Assembly: GCA_964016885.1 (NCBI GenBank)
Contig: OZ024740.1
Coordinates: forward strand, 395,436,001-395,500,000
Reading direction: 5' to 3'
Length of the DNA: 64,000 bases
From: Eledone cirrhosa
Taxonomy: Eukaryota
The notes beneath the pieces are model-generated. The model searched no databases and was not told the origin of the DNA. It saw only the letters and a program-made list of their open reading frames with translations. Both the position numbers and the translations under genes were made by a program. This document shows positions 26,781 to 39,929 of this stretch, piece by piece. Every line of letters starts with the position of its first letter. The first letter of the stretch is position 1.

Positions 26781-26950
26781 TCTATATATATATACACACA
26801 CACACACCTATGTATATATATATATATATATATGTTTATATATATATATGTTTATGTGTGTGAGCATGCATATTTGTATTTATGTGTATGTGTAAGATTC
26901 ACATAGAGGTGTGCATTATATTTATGTGTTGTATATATATGGATAAATAG

Positions 26951-27140
26951 GGCGGTGGATTGGCAGTATCGGTTGAGCGTTGGACGCCATGCTTTGCAGC
27001 ATAGAGTTACGGTCCTTTATGGTCTGAATTCAAATCTCGCCAAGGTTAACTTTGCCTTTCATCCTTATGGGGTCGATAAAATAAAGTACCAGTAATACAC
27101 TGGGATAATTGCTGGCCTTGTGTCAAAAGTAGAAACAATT
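26951..27140 (+). mobile_element. tRNA-head SINE
   Basis: ggcggtggat-TGGCAGTATCGG (A box) ... GAATTCAAATC (B box, GAGTTCAAATC in other copies) ... conserved central domain ... ggccttgtgtcaaaagtagaaacaatt. Four full copies in the window plus partial ones near 7340, 9350 and 12010. Confidence 0.8.
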
Positions 27141-28306
27141 ATATTTATGTGTCATATTTGTATCTTGGTATATATAACAAAATATCTAAATTATATACCC
27201 ATGCTAGTGTGGAAAATGGACTTTAAACCACGATAATGACACATACACACATATATATTTATAGATCTATATTTCAGTACATATATACATGCATATATAT
27301 ATGTATATCATTATCATTATCGTTTAACATCCACGATGCTATATATGCAATATAGATGTGTGTGTATGCATCTACATAAATATATCTCAAGGGTAAATAT
27401 TTATGTAAGTAAATTATATAGCAATAATATTTCGAGATCATATATTACAATCTTAACAATCTTGGAGACAAGGAATGTATTTTATATATTGAAGCCATTA
27501 TTGTTTTATTTACATGAATATTTCAAATAGCAAACAGGAAGCAAGAAAAAAATTAGATAATGAAAAAAGTTGAGGGAGGGGATAGATACAACACTTCTGT
27601 CTAGGTGGTATATCTCAGCTGCGTTCCACAGAAAAGATGGTAAAAACATTGCCTGGAGAAGAGCTCGCAACACCCACTGTATCATCTACTCCAATTCATG
27701 GTTTTCTTTATTCAAGCATGATGCCCCCATTTCCTTCCAATTTTACAGTGAAAAACAGCAGTTCAGGGACCAAGGATACTGGAAGTCTCAACAATAACAA
27801 GCATGAAATGGAAACAGTCAGTTAAATCCTAGCATTTAGATAATTTCTGCTCCTCTGTGATATAGACACCAGTACTTGGGCTTGTGACTGTGGTGGAGAA
27901 TATGTTGCAGCTCATGGTGTCTTGGATAAGAGAATTACCCCCACTCAAATGGGTAAAGAATTATCCCATCTGAGCACTTGCCATCAGTACGATTGATACT
28001 GGCAAACTACAGCATTAAAGCTGCTCATGGGCACATTCAGAAGTATCAGGTTGTAGTGACTGGAGTAGAAGATGGTCAGAGGCAAAGTATGCACCAGTCC
28101 TACTTAAATGGTAGCTTCTCACCATTATGTGAGTGGGTTACTCTTATTTATGTTGTGTACAAAAATGTTTAACCTGTCTTCATATATTGTATTACATTTC
28201 CTCCTTACTCCCATTTAAGATACATCATATGTACTCACCACATGTTTTAAAACTCTTTAGTGTGAAATGTTTTCATATTGTGTATACCCTTACAGTCAAA
28301 AGAAAA

Positions 28307-28344
<38 letters not shown>

Positions 28345-28599
28345 GTGGTGGTGGTTGTGCTGGCCGTTTTTGTCAGATAACTATTGAAGATTCTATTCGT
28401 TTCAATCAGATGCTAATTTTATTCAATTTTTCTTGGTATGGAAAATTTTCGTCTCCAGCTTACAAAAGTTCTTAGCATAATACATAACATTTTTTTTTCC
28501 ATCAGTACATGATACCATTTTAACACTCTACTCATCAATCCACTATAAATTTCTACTTCACATAATTATAATAAAAAGTATTAGATTTGTCTATTTTTA

Positions 28600-28740
28600 T
28601 GCATCGGAGTGGAGTTGGCTGCCCCCCGGTGTGAGCCCCACGAGGTGGAGTGGCTGCTCCAGCACGTCTCCCTTGCTGTTCTCTGGGGCAATGTATTTTC
28701 CATCCTGTTGGCAAGTACTAAGAAGTGGAGGGAAAGTTAG
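28600..28740 (+). pseudogene. Probable CRE-clade (RLE) retrotransposon 3' fragment
   Basis: GC-rich island translating to EPHEVEWLLQHVSLAVLWGNVFSILLAS, similar to the CRE C-terminal motif L.QR.S.A..RGNA..IL. Confidence 0.5.
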
Positions 28741-30547
28741 TTGGAGGTGGAGGATACTCAGTTCTATGTCACACATACACAAAATATTTAATTTACTGAT
28801 GTGGCACTTCTGCTGCAGTTTCCACCTTGTCATACAAGTAGAGTGTGTGTGTGAGAGTTACTTTAGTTGATGTCAAGGAAGATAATTTTATAATCAACTT
28901 TTTTTAGCATGAAATACTTCCTTTGTGGAGCCAAAGTAAGTTCTTGATAAATAAATGTAACTCTTCCTCACGAGTTGTTTTATATGGTGATTGATTGTGG
29001 GGATCAGATCCATGTTATCTTCAATTCTATCCAGTGTCAGATTTACCATTGTGTTTAGGTGTGCTTAAGCACAGGACTCCGTTTGCCAGGGAAGCAGGGA
29101 GGCATCTTCCCACCAAAAAAATGTTTAATTCCTTCAGGACCCAAGTAAAGGACCTCATAACTTAACTAACACAGGGCCTCATTTGTTCTAAATCCGTCAC
29201 TGCTTCTATGACTTAGGTATCATAACACAAAGATGATGCAGATGATGCAATAGATTGTCAGATACCCAGCAGTCTATTGAGATCTGCTTGACAATGTCCA
29301 TCTACTCGGTATTGCTTTCATCTGCCTTTGAGGACTAAGATAAGTTATCAGTTCTATCTTGAGTCATCCTTCTAAATTTTCCTTGGTCTGTGTAGCAGAC
29401 TTTTCTCTTAAAGGTTTTAATCTTTTTTATTCTTTTGTGTCTTTAATGATATGAGATTTCTCTGATTTTGTTTAAGCTTTCTTTAAAATTTCTCTAGATT
29501 CTCTTTAGATATCTTGTGGCTAACCATTAAATTTCTTCACATACTTTATATTCTTTCACTCCTTTTGTTTTTACACTTGCAGTATGTTTCTCTCTTATAT
29601 CTTTTACATTATGTCATTGATCTTTCATTCCATTCATTTCTCTTAATTCTGCTTCTTGTATGATTACAAGGTCTTTTTTCAATTTAGTCATTTCCATTGT
29701 GATATACTGAGCATTTATAGGCTGTGTTTCTGATGGTGTTATTTATTCTCTGCTGATATCATTCTTCACTATAAATGAGAGCCAACATTTCATCTATGTT
29801 GCTATTAAGTCAGTACAGACTACTGATCTAACTCTACTATACATGAAACATTCTTTAGATGTGTGGCATTTATTTCATGTTTTAGATTATTACTTTTAGA
29901 GCTTGCCCAGCAATTTTACAAAATATTTTTCACCCCTCTTGCCACAGTTATCAGCTTCAATATTGGCTTTCTGCTACATTCATCATCTTATCATCTCAGA
30001 CTCTTGTTGGTGAGGTTGCCTGCCATTTCATTGATCACTAGAATGTCAATTCTCTGGAACTTATGTAAGTGGAACATAACCCCTGGCTCATCTGGGAGGA
30101 CAGTAGTTCCAATAAAATACTGATTTGGTCTGTAACAATTCATTCAAAATTCATTCAACACATGTCAGCATGAAAAAATGTAAATTAAATGAAAATGATG
30201 ATAATTGATGGAGGGAAGGGGTAGTGACAATGATGAAGATAAGAGCCATGTTTGTATTCAATGAGGTTAGAAGAGCTAGAATGCCTTGTGATATGATACT
30301 TTCATTCACTACTATTTCCCAATGACAAAAATATGAATCAATAATAGAGCAGTTGCTCTTACACACACACACACACACACACATTCTTTAATAAGGTCAA
30401 GTTTGCAGTTAATGACCTTGTGAGTACACAGGAGAAACTTCAGAGTAACAAGACCTAATCATAGCTTTAATAAAGAATATATTAATCTCTACTTTGGTAT
30501 TGAGTACTTATTCTTTTGACTGTCATTACTTAGTGTGTGTGTATATT

Positions 30548-30608
<61 letters not shown>

Positions 30609-30789
30609 GTGTGTGAGTGAGTGTGTCTATATGTGTAATTTATAGAGATGATCCTCTTTCATAAGATTTTATCTATAAGCATAAAATTCACTTTCAAGAA
30701 AATTTGCCTCATTCTCAGATCTTATGTAATGTGTTTTGGTTAATTTAATCTGTACTATTATATTTTTGTTATATTTTTGTGTGTTTCAA

Positions 30790-30828
30790 TAATTCTCATA
30801 CATTTCATTTCTTTATTTACAGGTGAGT
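30790..30828 (+). promoter_or_regulatory. Candidate recursive splice site (3' acceptor immediately followed by 5' donor)
   Basis: ttCTCATacatttcatttctttatttaCAG|GTGAGT: branch-like CTCAT about 24 nt upstream, pyrimidine tract, CAG at 30820-30822, then consensus donor GTGAGT. Confidence 0.5.
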
Positions 30829-31127
30829 ACATTTCAATAAAAGAATGGCTATATTTTGGCATTTTACTTCAGGAAAAACTATATAATGTGTTTCAGGTGG
30901 TAATGTATTAGAAATAAATCATTTCAATTTTACATTCTTCTATTCAATTTTACAAAATCATCTAATTTTTTAAAGAAATAACCATTTGAAACTATAAAAG
31001 GATTTTGCTGGAATGGTTAAAATAAGGAGTGTGACGTATCTAACACTGCTGCTTGTATAAAAGTTTATTTGGTATGTGAAATATATATATATTGTGTATG
31101 TGTGTCTGTGCAAAAACACACACATAT

Positions 31128-31400
31128 ATAATAATAATAATAATGAAAATCATTGTGTACAGTGCTCAGGAGCACTACATCTCATCAAATGTGTAAGTAT
31201 AGTACATAGAATAATGTACAAATGTCAGGAAAGTGAACAGTGTATGAATCATGACATACACACAGATACATGTGTGCGTGTGTATGGTGGGGGAATATCA
31301 GGTGTAGTGTTGAAGTTTTGAAGGATGCAGTGTCACAACACTGATGCAGGTAGTTTGTTCCATGCAGGTAGTTGTTCAGCAACTCTGAGCGTGAAAAATA
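31128..31400 (-). mobile_element. CR1/L2-like LINE 3' end with (TTA)n tail
   Basis: Same sequence family as 58443-58790 (FFTLRVAE...WNKLPASV). Confidence 0.65.
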
Positions 31401-31434
31401 TGTGCATGTATATATTTATATATATATTTGTGCA

Positions 31435-31750
31435 TGTACATGAAACATGGGCAGTGAATATAGAGGCTATGCAAAGGCTAGAGAGAAATGAAATGAGCAT
31501 GCTCTGTTGGATATGTAATGTTAATATGCATGAATGACGAAATATAGTTGAGCTGAGAGAAAAATTGGGTATAAGAGGAATGAGATGTAGTATGCAAGAG
31601 AGACAATTGTTCTAGTATGGACCTGTAATATGCATGGATGATGATTGTTGGAAGTGACCAGAAAATGCAGTGGAAGGAAGCTGCAGTAGAGAAAGACCTG
31701 GAAAGAAGTGGTGAAAGCTGATCTCATAATACTGAATCTCTTTCTGAAAA
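31435..31750 (+). pseudogene. Old RTE 3' ORF remnant
   Basis: ETWAVNIEAMQRLERNEMSMLCWICNV followed by degraded RRL.WYG and RGRPGKKW segments. Confidence 0.6.
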
Positions 31751-32319
31751 GATGACAAGGCAAATATTGAAAAACACATGAAAAGTAGATGTAAATTGGA
31801 TGCAAAATCCAGATGGATTATATCACAGCAAAAGCGAAATATGAAGAGGGCAGTAGTAAGATCAAACTTCCAATTCACCAAATACCAAACAGAAACAAGA
31901 GCTGCAGCAACATCGATTGTAGGGAGGGGGTCCAGTATGGTAAAACTCACTGACTGGAACGAGTAAAAAGAGAATATATGTACATATAGAATAGTTTAGC
32001 CTATGATAAATAAACAAATATTCAACATGTGCTGTAAATGTATTTACAGTTGAGTGGGCGACTGATTGCTATATCAGGTTTTGAAACATTATCTACAGCA
32101 AACACTCAATTAACAGTAAATACTTTTGCAATAAATCTTGAAACATTATGTACATATGTGTGTTTGTGTGAGTGTGTGTGTGCACGTGTACGTATGTTGC
32201 ATTATCAAAGACAACTATCATAGAAAACTAAAGAAGAGATATATATACAGAATATATCAGTGCATATGTTTGTATATGCATATCATATATGCATATATAC
32301 AATGGCATGGATATGTTTA

Positions 32320-32330
<11 letters not shown>

Positions 32331-32400
<70 letters not shown>

Positions 32401-32671
32401 TATATATATATAAAATATATATATATATATAAAATATATATATATATATAAAATATATATATATATATAAAATATATATATATATATAATATATATATAT
32501 ATATATAATATATATATATATATATAATATATATATATATATATAAAATATATATATATATATAAAATATATATATATATATAAAATATATATATATATA
32601 TAAAATATATATATATATATAAAATATATATATAATATATATATATATATAAAATATATATATATATATAT

Positions 32672-32718
<47 letters not shown>

Positions 32719-32720
32719 TA
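32331..32720. repeat. (CT)n-(TA)n array with periodic AAAA interruptions
   Basis: Direct reading. Confidence 0.95.
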
Positions 32721-32759
32721 TAATATAAGATCAAAAGATGGTTAAAGGAGTTCCATGTA

Positions 32760-32826
32760 TTTTATTATGCGCATTTCAAAAACAAACATCATCATGCAAT
32801 AATATTTGTGTTTTCATCAGATAAAA
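32760..32826 (-). ncRNA. Hammerhead ribozyme (sense pLTR copy)
   Basis: Reverse complement of 35592-35658. Confidence 0.8.
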
Positions 32827-33849
32827 CAGAACATGATATGAAGGCTAAAAAACACTTGTGGATAGTGCAGTTTTAAATCAACATATGAAAAGTGGTTTTA
32901 GATTGATGTGTGATATTGGGAAAAATATTTTATTTAGAGAGGGGGGGGTGGAAAGGATGAAAAAGGGGAGGAGATGAGAGGGAGAGATGGGTGATAGAGA
33001 GAAAGAGATAGTTTTTATAACTGAGAGGAGATATATTGTTTTACATAGAGAGGTTGAAAACCGTTGGAAGATAATGTATAAATTAAAAAAATTTGAAAAT
33101 TAACGAAAGGAGGATATGTGCGAGGAAAAAGTATTTTATTTAGGGAGGGGGGTGGAAAGGATGAAAAAAAGGGGGAGGAGATGAGAGTGAAGGTGGAGAG
33201 AGAGAGATGGGTGATAGAGAGAAAGAGATAGTTTTTATAACAGAGAGAAAGATATATTGTTTACATAGAGAGGTTGAGAACCGTTGGAAGATAATGTATA
33301 AATTAAAAGAATTTGAAAATTAACGAAGGGAATTTATGTATGAAGATAGAGAGAAGAAATAATAATTGTGGATGAATATTCTAACGTCAAAAAAGGGTAT
33401 GTTGATAAGTATTGTGGCAATTTCAAAATTAACGAAGAGAAAAATTATTAAGGTTTGTGTGTAGAAGGATTTGAGAAAAATAATGTGAAGTTAAAGTTTG
33501 TATAATGAAGGAATTGATAATATATGCGAATAAAGTGTTAATATGTATTAAGAATGAGTTTCTTTGATGGGGAGAAAAAAATAATAAATTAAGGATGAAA
33601 TTGAGATTAAAAAGATTTATGATAGAGAGAAAAAAATAATGATTGCGGATGAATATTCTAACGTCAAAAATCAGATGTATATGTTATGAAGGATTTTACA
33701 AGGTGAAGATAGAATGAGGGTAATGAGTAAACAAGTATTATAGAGTGTATAATGCCCTTTAAAGTATGGTAGGAAGATGGGTATATTTTAAAGAGGTGTA
33801 TGTATATGTGCCTTTGAGAAAAGATTCTAAATTGATAAAGAATTGAATA

Positions 33850-35417
33850 TTAACTGTATACTTTGTGAAAAGTTCTATGGAATTTATGCAGGCAGATAGA
33901 AAACAAATCTGTACGTCTATTTATTATAGAATCTAGGTTAGAGATAATGGTAAATTTTTCATTTAGGCGGAGATTACAGATTTTAGATAGAGAGCTGTTC
34001 AAGTATGAGGATGCAGAAGAAACCTTCTTCCAAAAGATGGTATATTTAATGTTTTTGTCTTTTAAGGACCATATGAGTTCTGAGAGAGCAGTGTTGGTTC
34101 TTTTAAGTTTGTATTTGAAAGATGAATGATGATTATAGAGACGAGCTTTAAAAGAGGTGGAAGTGGAGCCAAAATATGTGAAGGAATTGGTGCTAGTTAT
34201 AATTTTACATTCATAAATTAAGTTTTTATCGAGACAATGGTTGTTGAGAGGACATTTATTTTTAATGCGGCAGTTGCAATTAGAGAGATTATTAATGAGT
34301 GACCTAGTGTTATCTATAGAAGGAATTGGATTGGAGAAGTTGTTTGCGATAGGAATAATAGGAATAATAGTTTCTTGATTTAGAGTTGGATTATGAACAT
34401 TTAGCGAAGTTGTGTTTGACGTTGTATTTGGGTTTACAGAAGTTAGCCTAGGGTTTACAATGACGTCGGGAGTACTATTACTGTTATTATGAAATTCAAT
34501 GTTGGAAGGAAGATATTTAGTATTTTATTGTTGTGTTTAGAGATGATGTTGGAAATATTGGAGGATGTGGAATAAGAAAATTTGATGGTGTGTTTGTTAA
34601 ATATTTTACTATAGATATGTGAGGGAGGGAAGCATTTATTTAAGGCACTAAAAAATAATTTAGGAATATTGTTATTAATAGAGATGGAGAAAGGAGCATT
34701 ATACCAGATTATGTTTTTGTATCTAGGTCTTTTATTAAAATTATTGGAATGATCATGATTAATTATTCTACTGTAAGTTTTTCTAGAATTTGTTTCTTTA
34801 CTATATTTGATTTTATCTGGATAGCCGGCTTTAGAAAGTGTGTTATTATAGTAATTGGCGTTAGCATCAAAGATGTTTTTATTAGAGGATATGTTAGATA
34901 TTCTTTTTCTAATATTACTAACTATAGCATTCTTGATATTGGTAGGATGGTTAGATTTAAAGTTAACATAATTTAGGTTCTCATTGTTTTTATGGTAAGG
35001 GTAATATAGGCCAGTGTTAAGATTAAGAGATACATCCAAGAAATTAGCTAGTTTGATACTATTATCAAATTCAATTTTTAGGTTATGTTGGTTAAAGAGA
35101 TTACGTATATTGTTCTTAATAATATTAAGGTTAACTATATTGCAATTTAGGATAGTAAAGAGTCCATCGTCACGATAAATTCCACCGCGAAGTTGAGGAA
35201 TTTTCCGGTAAGGGTAATATAGGCCAGTGTCAAGATTAAGAGATACATCCAAGAAATTAGCTAGATTGATACTATTATCAAATTCAATTTTTAGGTTATG
35301 TTGGTTAAAGAGATTACATATATTGTTCTTAATAATATTAAGGTTAACTATATTGCAATTTAGGATAGTAAAGAGTCCATCGTCACGATAAATTCCACCG
35401 CGAAGTTGAGGAATTTT
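33850..35417 (-). pseudogene. PLE RT (YRDD) and GIY-YIG endonuclease, frameshifted
   Basis: GIYRDDGL, NFLDVSLNL, PYHK, SNHP, WYNAPFS, FP..H.YSKIFNKHTIKFSYS. After a frameshift near 34505: CNCRIKNKCPLNNHCLDKNLIYEC...YFGSTSTSFKARLYNH...LSELIW. A second frameshift near 34050. Confidence 0.88.
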
Positions 35418-35591
35418 CCATCTCTCCCTCTCATCTCCTCCCCTTTTTCATCCTTTCCACCCCCCCCCCCCCCCTCTCTAAATAAAATATTTTTCCCAAT
35501 ATCACACATCAATCTAAAACCACTTTTCATATGTTGATTTAAAACTGCACTATCCACAAGTGTTTTTTAGCCTTCATATCATGTTCTCCTG

Positions 35592-35658
35592 TTTTATCTG
35601 ATGAAAACACAAATATTATTGCATGATGATGTTTGTTTTTGAAATGCGCATAATAAAA
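35592..35658 (+). ncRNA. Hammerhead ribozyme (inverted pLTR copy)
   Basis: ttttat CTGATGA aaacacaaatattattgca/tgatgatgtttgttttt GAAA tgcgca TA ataaaa: 6-bp stem I, long stem II, palindromic stem III. Confidence 0.85.
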
Positions 35659-35791
35659 TACATGGAACTCCTTTAACCATCTTTTGATCTTATATTATGT
35701 ATACTCCAGTCCTACAAACTGTAGAGTGCTTCTTATCCGATATCTGCATTGCTTTATTGTACTACAATAAAACTCACCTCCTACATATAAA

Positions 35792-35882
<91 letters not shown>

Positions 35883-35920
35883 TATATATATATAAAATAC
35901 ATATATATATATATATATAA

Positions 35921-35999
<79 letters not shown>

Positions 36000-36001
<2 letters not shown>

Positions 36002-36691
36002 TAACAACAAAGAGCGCTTAGAACATAGGTATATCTTTAATTGCTGACAATGTTTCGTCCACACTAAAAGTGGGACTCTTCAGAGTTTAAAGAGTAGATA
36101 CAGAGTATAGAAGCATTAACAAATCCAAAACAGAAGAATATAATGTGGGGATATCATAAGGTGGGAGGAATTTAAAGTATTTTTCATGTACAAGATAAGG
36201 AATAAAGGATAAAAAATAAAAAATAAGAAATAAAAAATAAAATCAAGAAAAAGATAGTGAATATGAGGAATATACTAATACTAATAAGGATACGGATCTA
36301 AAATGTTATCACTCACAGTTGGGTAGGGTTATATTATGACCGGCAATCATGGAAGCAATGATGTGATTGGTTAACACACAGCTACGTATGCATACACTCA
36401 CATAAAAGTATACGTATAAGCATGAGCACCCGCATGCACCTACACGCAAGCACCCATATGCACCTACACGCAAGCACCCATATGCAATACAGAAAGTATA
36501 CACTAATACAAATAACATATCAAAAACGGATGGGCACATACTCCATACTGTGACAAAATATAGCAATAACAGTAGAAACGATGACATATAACATGGAGGA
36601 GTACAATATAAAGAAATATAATAAATTATAAAAACATATGAAAATATGGGAACATAAGGACAAATAACGGAAGGAACATACATGGTAGGAA
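36000..36691 (-). mobile_element. PLE 3' UTR/pLTR relic with HHR, abutting (TA)n
   Basis: HHR similar to that at 3642-3686; low-complexity UTR-like sequence with short tandem repeats (36425-36485). Confidence 0.5.
36043..36087 (-). ncRNA. Minimal hammerhead ribozyme
   Basis: Minus strand: ct CTGAAGA gtcc-cactttt agtgt-ggac GAAA cattg TC ag. Confidence 0.72.
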
Positions 36692-38278
36692 ACTGGTTAA
36701 CAATACGTGTGGTTATAGTGTGACCTACAGACCCAGATGCCTTCAGCATCTCAGCAGCTATACCCGATGGACCGGTTGCCTTCCCCATCTTCATATCTTT
36801 GATTGCCTTACTTACTACGTTGCTGCTGACTTGTACTGCTGGCCCCTCTATAGGGTCTACTTGGGGTAGGGTCTCTTCTTCCCATGCATTCTCCTCATTT
36901 AGTAATCTATCATAATGACTCTTCCATGCATCTTTCTTCTCAGCACTTGTGAAGGCAAGCTCACCTTTATCATTCCGGATACACTTCTCTCCAATGATAT
37001 CACAACTATCTCTGACACACTGCATCGCAATATTGAATACCTCCTGTTTCTGGTCCTCACGTTGCAAAACATGCTTAAATTTTCTATCCTCTGCTTCCCT
37101 CCAAGCTAAGTATACTTGTCGCCTAGCTTCCCTCTTGGTCTCTATGTAATATATCCTGCTCCCCCCGTTCTTCCATTCTTTCCATGCCTGTCTCTTGGCC
37201 TTAACTGCTTCATCTACCTTATTGTTCCACCACCAAGTCACTCTCCTCCTGCTTGAGGTCTTACTCCAGCCACAGACCTCATCCGTCGCCTCTAGTAAAT
37301 TATTTTTTAGGAACTCCCAGTTCTCTTCTACATTAAATGTCTATCTGTTCTTCTATACTGTCATAGGTGTTGAGTAAAATATCTTTAAATCTGTTACTGG
37401 TTGAGGGGACTTTCAGCTTCCAGATCTTTCTTCTCCAGGCTGGCCTATGTTTCCAGGTTCGTCTAGTTCTGACCGTGAGGTCGCTGACAACTAAGCTATG
37501 TTGGGATGTACATTCCTCACTAGGGAAGGCTTTTGTGTTTACGACCGTCCATCTGTCACGTCCTCTGATGAGGATAAAATCTATCTGACTGGAGTGCTCC
37601 CCTGATCTATAGGTGATCAGGTGGTTGTCGGGTTTTTTAAAGTTTGTGTTACATATCGACATGTCATTGGCGTCGCAGAATTCTAGAAGTCTGAATCCTT
37701 CCTCATTTCTTGTGCCAACCCCATGGCCTCCATGTACTCTATTGAAGCCGTCGCAGTGTTTACCTACGTGTCCGTTCAAATCTGCGATGATTAGGAAGTC
37801 ATTGTCGTCTGTTAGAGCAGTAGTGTGCATTAGGGACTCGTAAAACCTATCCTTAAGTTCGTCTGGCAGCCCCGATTGGGCTGCGTAAGCTGATATTATT
37901 GTGGTAATTGTTTTATTCAGGACTAGTCTGAGTTTAATGATTCTTGCATTTACCCTGTACACTGAGATTACTTTATCTACCCACTTGTCAGCTAGTAGTA
38001 TACCTACACCACCCATCCCATCGTCATTTCCCACCCATAAAAATTTGTAGCACCGACTTTTTCTTACCAGGACTCTGGCAGACTCTCCTCTCCATCTAGT
38101 CTCTTGCACACAGCATACATCAATATCCTTTTGCTCTAGCATTTCTACGATTTCTCCTGCTCTTCCTTTCATTGAGCCTACATTGATTGTACCAACTCGG
38201 AGTTTTGGGCATTTGTCGACACTCGTAGGGAAGGGTCTCTGGGTTGGCGCTTCACATGGGTGCTTGGTAGCTCGCAGA
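36692..38278 (-). pseudogene. RTE subfamily B internal fragment (APE domain to start of RT), frameshifted
   Basis: ORFs 37333-38316 (VGTINVGS, VQETRW, SAYAAQ, DLNGHVG) and 36309-37241 (WWWNNKV...GKATGPSG). Close match to 25360-26780. Confidence 0.92.
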
Positions 38279-39540
38279 TTCATCATCATCATCATCATCA
38301 TCATCAGGTTTAGCATCCGTGTTCCACGCTTGCATGGGTTTGGACGGGGGTTTTCCCACTTGAGGCAAGAGTGGTTGTCTTGCTCGCATAGGACTGTCTG
38401 GCGGGTTTTCTACAGTTGGATGCCCTTCCTAACACCAACCACATTTACAGTGTGGGGCTGGGAGGTTTTTACCGTGTTGCCTACACGGCCACATTACAGC
38501 GTGGACTGTCTGGCGGGTTTTCTACAGTTGGATGCCCTTCCTAACACCAACCACATTTACAGTGTGGGGCTGGGAGGTTTTTACCGTGTTGCCTACACGG
38601 CCACATTTACAGCGTGGACTGTGTGTTTTTTTATCGTGACACCTACACGATCTCATTTGTTTCGGCCTGGATGTTGTGGGACCAACATAACTTTACATTG
38701 AAAGGGGCGGTGTGGATGGGGTGGAGGTGGTGGGACGGGGGGGTGTTTTGATAGAGATGCCTACTGACTGTAGTAGGTTTTTACTTTGTATTTAGGTAAG
38801 GCGGATCTTCTCTATTACTGAGTACCGCCAAAGGTCTCGGTCCAGTGACATTGTCTTGGAGAGGTGTAAGCGTGTGAGGTCGGAATTTATCAGCTCGTCC
38901 CATGTTTTTCTGGGTCTGCCTACTCCGTGGCTACCGTCTATCTTTATTGCTCTGCACTTTGTTATACAGCTGTCGTCTTTCAGCGCATCACGTGACCGTA
39001 CCAACGTAGTTTTCTCTCGAGTAAACAACATCTGATTCCTCTTATTCCTAATTTCTTCCTTACTTCATTTATGCTTTGCCGTTCACGTATATTACTATTA
39101 CACATCCAGCGGAGCATGCAAGCTTCGTTCCTCTCCAGTCTGCGTATATTCTCTGCACACAATGCCCAGGTCTCACTGCCATGTAACATTGCTGTTCGAA
39201 TGCAGGCATCATACAGCCTGCCTTTCATTTTTAGGGAGAACCCTTTAGCGGCTAATAGTGGTATAAGCTCTCTGAACTTTTTCCATCCAGTTCTGACTCT
39301 AGCTACTGTACTTTCAGAGCACCCTCCCCCACTGCTGATTTTGTCACCCAGGTAACGGAAGCTGTCCACTATTTCTATAGAACCCTCTGCGCAGTTGAAG
39401 GAGCTAGTATTTTGTGGGCACTTGCTGCTACTTATTGCACCAGAGCACCGGCCACATGTAAAATCTATGTTCTTAGTTAGCTTACCTGTGATCCCACTAC
39501 ATCTTTTATGCACCCATACTTTGCATTTGGGACATAAAAT
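38279..39540 (-). mobile_element. 5'-truncated RTE subfamily A with 3' UTR and (GAT)n tail
   Basis: ORFs 38980-39549 and 38792-39031 (frameshift); tail catcatcat at 38281-38305. Confidence 0.93.
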
Positions 39541-39744
39541 ATATTTCATCTATTGATTCAGAGTTGCTCAAATTTATTCTCAGCTCATCCATCCATAACA
39601 GTGGGAAAATTGAGGGCTAGAAGAACAGTGGTGGTGGGATAATGGCAGGGTGTGTTGAGAGGAGAGAGTTAGTTAGGTAGTAGTAGTAATAGTAGCAGTA
39701 GCAGCAGTAGAAATGGCATGCTGAGGTTTGATTGGTCGAATAGG

Positions 39745-39915
39745 CTATGGTGATGTGGGGGCTGGGTGGGAAGGCTATGGTGATGTGAGGGGGTGGGTGG
39801 GAGGGCTATGGTGATGTGAGGGGTGGGTGGGAGGGCTATGGTGATGTGAGGGGGTGGGTGGGATGGTGATGTGAGGGGGTGGGTGGGATGGTGATGTGAG
39901 GGGGTGGGTGGGAGG
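39745..39915 (+). repeat. G-rich minisatellite (GCTATGGTGATGTGAGGGGGTGGGTGGGA-like units)
   Basis: About 6 units of 24-30 bp, each with multiple G runs. Confidence 0.85.
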
Positions 39916-39929
39916 GAAATTGTGAGGTA

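Larger units (their letters stand above)
32721..35785 (-). mobile_element. Penelope-like element, 5'-truncated, with inverted pseudo-LTRs (32721-32990 and 35418-35697) and tail 35698-35785, inserted in (TA)n
   Basis: About 270-bp inverted repeat, each arm with an HHR. Internal RT-thumb-GIY-YIG coding remnant. Internal direct duplications in the 3' UTR. Confidence 0.9.

Noticed and set aside
26951-27040. tRNA gene
   Set aside because: Has A and B boxes but no complete cloverleaf, and continues into a repeated SINE body present several times.
28597-28833. GC-rich minus-strand ORF as a possible host exon
   Set aside because: A plus-strand frame matches a CRE-like LINE C-terminal motif better, and no partner exons were found.
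29230-30120. Possible ancient LINE remnant on the minus strand (similar hints at 16920-17230 and 27570-28110)
   Set aside because: Composition is suggestive, but no motif could be read with confidence.
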